Shown here piece by piece: positions 53,800 through 64,000 of a DNA stretch of 64,000 bases. Numbering within the stretch: the first letter of the stretch is position 1; every line of letters starts with the position of its first letter. Location of the stretch: assembly GCF_009914755.1 (NCBI RefSeq), contig NC_060926.1; one strand, written 5' to 3'. This stretch comes from the human T2T-CHM13v2.0 reference genome, Homo sapiens. Both the position numbers and the translations under genes were made by a program. The notes beneath the pieces are model-generated. The model saw only the letters and a program-made list of their open reading frames with translations, had not been told where the DNA came from and ran no database searches.

Positions 53800-54721
53800 C
53801 CCAGTTAGTGGTCAGCCAAGACGTTAAAAACAGGTGTTCTGCCCCAAGGCCTAGAATAAACAATTACTTTTTGATAGGAGGGACCTGGAGCTTTCACATG
53901 TCACAGTGTCATGAAAATTGGAAGGGGACATGCAAGGCCATACTCCCACCCCTCGGTGACTCTCAATGTTTTGTCTGTGGTTTTTACCATCATTCTCAAC
54001 TCTTTCCACTGCTCACAACAACGTTTGAACTGCCAAACCCAGGGGTAATCCTCTTTCAACAGCCTCTGGAGAAATCCCAGAGTTTATTCTCACAGGATAG
54101 AAAACTTAAGCTTTCATTCACAAATAATATAAAGTAAAAGGTATGCTTTCCGTTACCAACAGGAAATTTTCACAGACTTTTAGGGTCATTTAGATAAAAC
54201 TTCCATTTCAACGTGTAACACCTTATAGTCAGCGTGGTAGAATAAACTGCAATAAACATGAAGTAACCAGACTAGTTAGCAATCACCCGCAGACACACAC
54301 CTGTCTCCTCCATAAGCTGTTAGACTTCAACAGGACACAAAAACAAGCCCTTGAAAAACCCGTGGCCCTTTACGATTTAAGCTGATGATGATCTTTCCTA
54401 GCAGAAACTCAACAGATGAGACAACAAGCCGGAGATATGCTCAAAAATAAAAACCAGTATTTGGTGAAGATCAAGGCACAGCTCACAATGTCTGATCAAA
54501 GGTGTCTGAAGGGCTGAACCCTTACATGTACACCCAGGAGAGAGAACTAGGATGAGAACTTCGGGATTCCTTTAAAATCAGATCTTGGGATTCATCAGAC
54601 AAATGTCAGCAATCTGGCTACTTTTTCAAGATTTTCTGCAGTCTTCTCATCTTCCCTGTTGATTAAAAATTCTTGTTCGTCTACTGGGCAACATTAAGGT
54701 GTTTTTAGAACATCACTAGTT

Positions 54722-55346
<625 letters not shown>

Positions 55347-55702
55347 TTATTGCATTTTTTCTTTTGCATGTAGAGTATATTGTCTGTATGAAATTTTACA
55401 TTAACATATCTGTATTTAATTCTTCCACAACTGAGATAATTCTTCTCTATTCAAATATTTAAATCATTCCAATAATATTTGGAATAGTAGCCTATTTCCT
55501 TGCCAAAAGACTACTGTGTCTTTTCCTTATAATATGTCCCCAGCTTTTCTAAACATATCAAAGTTAATTTCTTCATTTTCTGTATTTGGGTAGCACTTTG
55601 TACTCATCCCAATTTCAGCTTCTCCTCTTTTGATTTTACAGTTAATCTTGGTCTGCTAGTTTGAGTTCCTTGGAGGCAGACACTGTGTCTTTAAAAACAC
55701 TT

Positions 55703-56004
<302 letters not shown>

Positions 56005-56192
56005 TCATCAAGATGAAGAGAATCAGGGAAGGCTTGGCTTGTGACCTGCCCCAGTCATTGAGTTCATACTACCCTTCCTGAAGTACATGTTGCTGCCTGT
56101 CCTGAGCTGCTTGACATCCTCTGAGAGCATTTCACTTCAACATATTAAATGACTCACTCTGGAACATGGCACCCAATGCTGCCCTTCACCCA

Positions 56193-56585
56193 CTGTACTA
56201 GTTCCTTGGGGTTGCCATAACAACATACCATAAACTGAGTGACTTAAACAATAGTACATTTTTATCTCACGGTTCTGGAGGCAAAGAACACAGTCAAAGT
56301 ACTGGCAGGGGTTTCTTCTGAGGCTGTGAGGGCCGATCGGTTCCAGGCCTCTCTTCGTGGCTTGTAGATGGCTGTCTTCATGTTTACGTGGCATCCTTCC
56401 TGTGTGCGTGTCTCTAGATTTCCCTTTCTATAAGAACACCAGGCATATTGGATGAAGCCCACCCTAATGACCTCATTTTAACTTGATGACCTCTGGAAAG
56501 ACCCCATCTCTAAGTAAGGTCACATCCTGATGGCGGGGGGTTAGGACTTCAACACATGAGTTCTAGGGTAACAATTCCACCCAGT
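56193..56585 (-). mobile_element. MLT1B/C-type solo LTR
   Basis: tgtactagttccttggggttgccataacaacataccataaactg...taaggtcacatcctga...gttaggacttcaacacatga. Confidence 0.85.
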
Positions 56586-57003
56586 TATCTTGGTGACCAC
56601 ATTCTCTATTCATGACTACAAGTCACATGCCCGTTTCTGAGCCTCCTTGCCTCTTCTCATGTGCTGCCTTGTGTTGCCTGGGAGGTCCTGGTTTCTTTTA
56701 GAGTGTGGTCAAGACTCCATTATCTCCCTGAGTGTGGGGTTCTCCAGGCCTTCTCTCACCCCTATGGACAGAGACAGTCACTCCTTCTTGTACCAGCCAC
56801 TCTTCTTTGGACTCCTGATTGTCAGGCTATGGATAAGCTGACATCTCTTTCACCCAGTGGCCTGTGCATTTGCTGAGGGTGGGACCCTGTCGCTCTCTCC
56901 CAATTCCACACCAAGCAGTTCCCCACTGATGCTTATTGGAGGAACACATGAGTGAATGAAACCATTCTTTCTGAACATCAAGTACCATTAAGACAGCTAA
57001 GGA

Positions 57004-57297
57004 GTTGGGGCGCAGTGGCTCACACCTGTAATCCCAGCATTTTGGGAGGCCTAGGGGAGTGGATCACCTGAGGTCAGGAGTTCAAGACCAGCCTGGCCAA
57101 CATGGTGAAACCCCATCTCTACTAAAAATACCAAAATTATTTGGGCATAGTGGTTCATGCCTGTAATCCTGGCTACTGGGTAGGCTGAGGCAGGAGAATC
57201 GCTTGAACCCAGGAGGCGGAGGTTGCAGTGAGCCAAGATAGCACACTGCACTCTAGCCTAGGTGACAGAGCGAAATTACATCTCAAAAAAAAAAAAT
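57004..57297 (+). mobile_element. AluSx-like with TSD
   Basis: ACAGCTAAGGA at 56993-57003 and 57298-57308. Confidence 0.95.
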
Positions 57298-58130
57298 ACA
57301 GCTAAGGAAAGCCTCCTCACAGGGCACTCATCAGGCCTTTCAGTCTACATGACAAAGAAAGAACATTGAACCAGGTGGCTTAATCCCAATTGCAGCCAAG
57401 GGCCCTAAAGCCCATTCCCGTTGGAGTGGGTTGGCCCTGACTCCACTGCCTGGCAGGCACATTTTCTGTCTTTTCATAGTGGTGCTGCGCTAAAGCCGCA
57501 AGAAGCACAACATTCAGCTTTCAAACATGAGTCACGAGTGCCCTAAACTCAGAGACATTTAACAGTGCAGAATGGAAGTGAACTTATTGGTATAATGTCT
57601 TGTGGATAATCAGGAATTATTTTAAGAAATAAGTGACATATGCTAATTATAAATAATGGGAAAAATAGAAATCAAAAGGAAAAATCTTTCCCAGCAGATC
57701 CCATGTTTCAATCAGAAAGTGAGGGATATTTCCTAAGAACTTGGGACTTTTGTCGGAACAAAATACGGATTGCTTTACATATTTGTAGTTGTGCCATGGA
57801 TTTGTCTCACTTTTTACAGTTACTCCTACAATTACATTTTATTTTATATTGTGTCATATACATCTTTTTTATATTTTCAAATACTTTATAAACAGAAATT
57901 CAGCAGCTGTACCCTCAGCCTCTACCTGGGGATGCTGAGAGCCAGAAGGAGCCTCCCTGCAGCCCTCACAGGAAGCGAGGGCCGGCTAGCAGATGTCCAG
58001 GGACCCTCAAGGAAGGAAGCCATAAACACCAGAAAATAAGCTGATAGAAATGCTCTGAATTCAGCACAAGGATGAAAAGAGTGAGAAAGCAAAACCACAT
58101 CTACAAGGTTCTCAAAAGTATCAAACATTC

Positions 58131-58428
58131 AGCCGGGCGCGGTGGCTCACACTTGTAATCCCTAGCACTCTGGGAGGCTGAGGTGGGCAGATCGAGATGT
58201 CAGCAGTTCGAGACCAGCCTGCCCAATATGGTGAAACCCTGTCTCTACTAAAAATACAAAAATTAACCGGGCGTGGTGGCACGCACCTGTAGTCCCAGCT
58301 ACTCGGGAGGCTGAGGCAGGAGAATCACCTGAACACAGGAGGCGGAGGCTGCAGTGAGCTGAGATACCACCACTGCACTCCAGCATGGGTGACAGAGCGA
58401 GACTGTGTCTCAAGAAACAACAACAAAA
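58131..58428 (+). mobile_element. AluS
   Basis: Alu dimer with aaacattc on both flanks. Confidence 0.95.
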
Positions 58429-58434
58429 CATGAA

Positions 58435-58690
58435 ACATTCTAACATCTGCAAAATTGGAATCTGGGAGAAGATATCTGAAGAAATAATGGTCAAGATTTT
58501 TTCAAAAATAATGCCAGACAACCAAACCAGAGGTCTACACATTGAACTCCAATCAGGATAAATACAAAAATAAAAACAAAACAAACAAACAAACAAAAAA
58601 ACATGCAAAGTAAACCAAAAAACAAACCCCACAAAACTGCATGTGCACACACACCCACACACTCTATGCAGATTATATTTAAACTGATCA
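58435..58690 (+). mobile_element. Old L1M ORF1 fragment
   Basis: gatatctgaagaaataatggtcaagattttttcaaaa...aactccaatcaggataaataca. Confidence 0.55.
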
Positions 58691-59119
58691 AAACTTAGCC
58701 ACTGCACAGTATTCCGTTTATAAATTGCAACAAATGAAATTCGTTGGTTTACAATTTTTGAGGTGCTCTAACTAATGAAATTTATTTGTTTATAATTTTT
58801 CATTAGTTTAAAAAAATTTATAAACATGTCTATGTTTAAAAGCTGCTTGTATATAATTTTATTTTGCATATAAATATTTAAATATTACATATAGATATGT
58901 ACATAGTATTTTTTATATGGATGGCAGGTAGAATAGTAAATTCTGAAATACACTTTGGAGTGATTCTTGTATCTCGGTATTTTATCAGAGCTCCAATAAA
59001 GGATGGAGCCTTCTTCATGAAACAAATTATGTACAATTTGCTAAGAGGAAAAATAAGCACGCATTTAAAAAAAAATTCTCAAAGTATAAATAACAGATAA
59101 AAGGCAGCCTAGCTATGAC

Positions 59120-59240
59120 TTCATTGTGCCTCAGTTTTCTCACTGAAAAAAATGGAGATAATGATGGTAACTACATGACAAGGTTGTTATGAGGAATAAG
59201 TGAGTTAATATTTATAAAGCTCTTAAAACATTGGCTGGTG
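59120..59240 (+). mobile_element. MIR
   Basis: tgtgcctcagttttctcactgaaaaaaatggagataatgatggtaactac...ggttgttatgagga. Confidence 0.8.
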
Positions 59241-59979
59241 ACATCATTACATAACACGTGAAGTGAAAGTTGTGATTACAGCGTGAGTCTCCTGTTAGTT
59301 CCCAGTGGTCTTCATCGGGAGTCAATGGTGCCCGGATCTGGGATAGTACCCTGCTTCATGTCCTTTTTGGTCATCTTGTTTCTGTGCCTCATGCCTATGT
59401 GACATGCATCTTTATACCAGGCTGATGGGTTGCTTAAGGCTTCCACATATTTACAAAGTATTGTTAGTTTCTATCTGCAGCTGATTAGCTTGCAGCATTT
59501 AAAATAAAGAAAGATTCTACCTTAACTCACAGAGCTCTGAACCTGTATGTGCCATATCAACGCTTTTTGCTAATTTTGTTTTCTTTGCAAAATCCATGGA
59601 AAGAAGGAACCCAGGTGACCTACATTCATGAATGACTTCTACAAAAGCTCTCCCTTGGTGGAACTTTCCATAGGAAACATTTTTATGGACTTCAGTTTTT
59701 TTTAGGTATGAAAAACAATCTCTCCAGGGAACACTTACTACATCGCCCTGACACAGTTTTCTTCTGTAGTTGTTTCCAGTCTTTTCATTCCAAACATCTT
59801 TATGCTACAGCATCTGACGTTAGCTGCCCACGAGCCTGTCTTCAAGGGTGGTGGAGTGGGATGTTGTGGAGATTCATTCTGTTCTGCACAAAGGCTTGAA
59901 GAAAGAGGAAAACAAAACAAAAACTTGAGGCAAAAAATTCTAAATAGGTTTCATCTTCTTTATTGATTCCAGACGGCTG

Positions 59980-59994
59980 ATGACGTAAGGGCGG
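59980..59994. promoter_or_regulatory. CRE/ATF-like site abutting a GC box
   Basis: ATGACGTAA directly followed by GGGCGG. Motif evidence only. Confidence 0.3.
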
Positions 59995-62459
59995 TATTGA
60001 GAAGTGAGACTCCCTGGGCCTCTCTGAAAACAGTGCCCTGTTCCTGTAGCAATGTCTCCTACGGGTAGGGCTGGGGCTTGCAGGCACTCCTGTTATGCAT
60101 TTGCAATCCTATTTCTAAGGGGTACAGGAGGTATAACTAAACTGAGAATATTAGAGGGAAGAAAAGACATGCCTGAATTTTCTACCAGAAAGTATATAAA
60201 TATTTAAACAGCTCTCATAAGTTTGAGAAATGGCTGTAAAGAAACAAGAGGGAAACTTAAAAAGCTCCCCAATGAGGAGGACCCAGAATAGGCACTGGAC
60301 CCAGTGAGGAAGACCCAGAATAGTCATTGTGTGAGAAATGCATGTATGGACATAGTCAGCATTTTGGAAAATAAGTGGAGATAGGGTGGCATGAGGATGA
60401 AAAGACACTCCAGCTACCTTACCCAATGATACAGAAGCCAACTTCAAATTGTAGTTGGTAGATTACCAACCACTGTAGCTGGTAGATTACCAACCAGCCA
60501 GTTGTATGTTTCTACTGAGCAGGAAAAACAATACACATCACTATTCCCAAATGCTTAATTTATTAAGTAATTTATTAAATCCTTATAGCATATAAGCTTC
60601 TGTAAGATGAGAAACAAAATGATACCCCAAAGAGAAAAATGTAAGTAAATATAATATAGCTGATAATTCAGCTTTCATCTATAAATAGGTATGATCAGTG
60701 TCTTCATCTATATGTAATGAATATTAGTTTTTTAAAAATGAAGAACTACATTACGGCATATAATGTCTGCCTCAGAATGGAGATATATGAGTTTTAGATG
60801 AGATTCTGAGCATCAGATACACTTGTGATAGTCTGTATTTTAATCAAGATGCCATATAAACACTTTTGAACATAAAGTTGTCTAATATTCATTATATGTC
60901 AAAAAATAGATGGGGCAATGTAATATCACATCTCACTGGGAATGAACACTGGAAAACTGAAGAGCAAATGCTTCATATACACATAAAATTCTTGGTTTAG
61001 AAACTACTTGACTTCCTTTATTTAAAAAAAATTTTAAGTAAAAATAATTTCAAACCTTTCCATTGGGCAACAGAACTGATGATTCACATACCCTGTTTTC
61101 GATGGAACACCCACATTTTTCAGTGGAGTGAATATCAAGAAGTTTTTCCTGCTGAAACGTGGTAACATAGTTTTGATGTCTGGTAGCTCTTCAAAGAGAA
61201 ACCATCTAAATGCAAGGGTGTGTACTGCAGCAGAGTGGTTTTGTGTGCAACTTCTCAGAGGGCATGGACACAGGTGTCTGCATTTGGGCCAGGTGGCTCC
61301 ACCCTTCCAGAGACAGCTGATTACCAAGGTTTGCACACACACAAATTTTTCTCTGTCAAGCTAAGTGGCAAACAAGAATGGATCAGATGGGGTTGAGCCC
61401 TGGAGTTTTAAGATAAGGCAGGGTCACTGTCATGGCAGCTCAAGACACATCTGAGCAAATGCTGTGGAAAGCAAGAGTGAAGAACCCTGGGGAGAAGCTG
61501 GGAGCCAGAGAGGGAAAATAAAGAAAGATGCCGTGGAACATCCGTGGAAAACCGTGTCATCCTGGAGAAAGGTGGAGTTACGCAGAGGAGTGCGTTCCCT
61601 GGGATTCTTCTGATGTTACCATAAGCTGGCTCCCTTTCCTTAACCCTGAATTTATGCTAGTTTGAGTTGGTACCTATTTTTTTGATAAATGTCCTTGACT
61701 GAGACAAACATAAATAATAGCCAAACTTTTAAAAGAAAAAAGAAACAAAAAATATTGATTGCAAGAATCTCTACAGGAAAGAAAATAAGCATGGGATTCT
61801 GTCAGGGACAGCAGCTACTGAGATTGAAAAAATTCCATTAATTTCAGATATGTCATTAGACACACACATATGACAAGAGTGCTAGAGATGGGATCAGAGC
61901 TTAATATGACTTTACGAAGGGCTGCTTCTTCCAGCTTATCGTTAAGCAAGAGAAACATCACCATCGACAAATACCAAAGATCTATGTTTCACATAAAAGT
62001 CAAAGCCTTCTTACTGTATCCCTGCATTCAGCCTATCTTTCTAAAGGGGAAACTATTAAGGAATACATATGAACCTGGAAAAACAGTGCCTCTGGAAAAA
62101 AATCTACATAATAAAATAATGAGTATTTATTTGAGGATGATAGAAGAACTGATTGTCCCATTAAAGGACAAATTCTGTAGGGAAGGGTATTACAGAAACA
62201 TTTTGCATCACAGCTAAATCAAAGCATTAAAGAAACTAAGATCTGGTTTTGCTTTCATTCCTCCCAGCCGCTGCATATTTCTATAATCTTGAACTTGCCT
62301 AATTTAAATATGATTTTGATTATATCTGCTGAGATACTGACACACAGGGCTCTAACACAGTGTTGATGCTGATAAATCATATTAAGGCCGTGCAGTATGA
62401 CTCCGCATGTTAAGCTGTCCTGTAACAACAGTCACTGCTTTACCTAGTATCTATAGTGG

Positions 62460-62765
62460 TTATTCACTCATTCATCCATTTATTCAAAAATTATATTAAT
62501 CATCTACTATGTGCCAACTAATTGGCTAGGTACTAGAAACACCACAGCAAATGGGACGATGTTCTTGACCTCAGGAAGCTAATAGGAGAAAGTGAATTAC
62601 AGAGAAGGCTACAGGATTTGGTGGTAGTAAGTCCAACATGCTGTAAGCACACTGAGGAAGGAAACTTAATCCAGTCTCAGGAGTCTGAAAGGGGTTCTGG
62701 GAGGAAGTCACTTTTCAGCAAAATCCTGAATGTAAATACAATTTCCATGGCTGAAAGTTGGGTAG
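62460..62765 (-). mobile_element. L2 3' end
   Basis: attcactcattcatccatttattcaaaaa...catctactatgtgcca...ctaggtactag. Confidence 0.75.
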
Positions 62766-62782
62766 AAGAAAAATAAAAATAA

Positions 62783-62817
62783 GACACTTGATCTTAGCTA
62801 AAAGTCTGAGAATAAAT
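62783..62817 (-). pseudogene. 3'-truncated U2 snRNA retropseudogene (U2 nt 1-35)
   Basis: Reverse complement ATTTATTCTCAGACTTTTAGCTAAGATCAAGTGTC versus U2 ATCGCTTCTCGGCCTTTTGGCTAAGATCAAGTGTA gives 28/35 identity. TSD GAAAAATAAAAATAA at 62768-62782 and 62818-62832. Confidence 0.9.
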
Positions 62818-62844
62818 GAAAAATAAAAATAATAAAAGGAAACT

Positions 62845-63165
62845 TTTATTGATGCTTTATTATGTCCCAGACTGTGCAAAGCACTTAACAAGCATTATTT
62901 TACTTAATTGTCCTCATAGTCGTAGGAGGTACATACTATTCCAATGGATGAAAAAAGAGAGTCAGAAGACAGTGAGAGATTCCTAATTAGAATCACTCAA
63001 CAACAAAATGAGCAGCTTTTAGAAATAGTGAGTTTCCACTTTTTGTAAGTAGTCAGACTGTGGTTAAATAACTCAGAACCAAAATAGATTGAAACGCTGA
63101 GTAGGGGATCGCACTTCATCGGATGTTTCTAAGGGCTCTTCCAACCCTGAAATATTCTGATATTG
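62845..63165 (-). mobile_element. MIR/MIR3 fragments
   Basis: tattatgtcccagactgtgcaaagcactt...gtaggaggtacatactattcc; tctaagggctcttccaaccctgaaatattctga. Confidence 0.55.
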
Positions 63166-63632
63166 AAAATGTATCCTAGAAGATTTATATAGCAGGACAT
63201 TTATTATGATAATATACTTGGATGATGACTAATATTGTTATAATGTGCTAAGATCTGATTAATCTGAGTAATAATAACATGTTTTGGCAACAAAATAAGA
63301 ATGCAGAATGTCTAAACATTTGTTATATCAACCAATAAATTTCTATCTCCTGAGGACAGAGGATTGTAATGATTTTGACCCAGGGAGCCCATATGGTTAT
63401 AATGAGCTCCTATTCATTATGTATATATTCAGAAAAAATATTTATTGATCGATAGCACAATCATTTGGATTTTAATAGTAGCAATAATAATAGCAATAAT
63501 GTCCTATATTCAGTTGTCCAAACTTGTCACAGCAGTAAGATTTTCATGTTTCTTTTTCTCTTATCATATACTCACTAAACATTAAACTAAATTCAAGGGT
63601 CAAGTCTAAATTCTCCATATTAAAAATCCAAG

Positions 63633-64000
63633 TGTATTAATCAGGGTTCTCTAGAGGGACAAGACTAATAGGATAGATGTATATATGAAGGGGAGTTTAC
63701 TAGGAGACTTGACTCACACAATCATGAGGTTTACACCCACAATAGGCCGTCTGCAAGCTGAGTAGCAAGGAAGCTAGTCCCAGTCCCAAAACCTCAAAAG
63801 CAGAGAAACCTCTACAGTGCAAACTTCAGTCTTTGGCTGAAGGCCTGAGAGCCCCTGGCAAACCCCTGGTGTGAATCCAAGAGTCCAAAAGCTGAAGAAC
63901 TTGGAGTCTGATGTTTGAGGTCAGGAAGCATGCAGCACAGGAGAAAGATGGAGGCCAGAAGACTCAGCCAGTCTCGTCGTTCCATGTTCTTCTGCCTGCT
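63633..64000 (-). mobile_element. MLT2A (HERV-L) LTR running off the window end
   Basis: tgtattaatcagggttctctagagggac...cccacaataggccgtctgcaagctga...agtccaaaagctgaagaacttggagtctgatgtt. Confidence 0.92.

Noticed and set aside
61870-62217. 115-aa ATG-initiated ORF
   Set aside because: AT-rich codons, no recognisable domain and no splice or promoter support. The length is within chance for 64 kb.

Overview
Primate, very probably human, non-coding genomic DNA, identified by AluJ/S/Y, L1PA, MST/MLT LTRs, L2 and MIR. I recognise no protein-coding gene, tRNA, rRNA or CRISPR array. Most ORFs in the track are artefacts of Alus, microsatellites or non-ATG starts. The window holds about 22 Alus (several with clear TSDs, one nested), a long L2 remnant, several solo LTRs, DNA transposon relics and microsatellites. 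The most notable structures are: (i) an old L1PA16-like element at ~25.9-28.9 kb that has lost ORF2 and carries a 44-bp VNTR, an inverted templated insertion and a probable insertion copied from flanking DNA; (ii) a ~113-bp twin-primed L1 with a TSD; (iii) a 35-nt 3'-truncated U2 snRNA retrocopy with a perfect 15-bp TSD; (iv) a ~165-bp local duplication next to a CpG cluster and a splice donor; (v) a GC/CpG-rich exon-like block at ~4.9-5.3 kb; (vi) repeat-free stretches with enhancer-like motif clusters. Repeat subfamily names come from recalled consensus sequences and boundaries are approximate. I found no support for a new multi-gene biological system.
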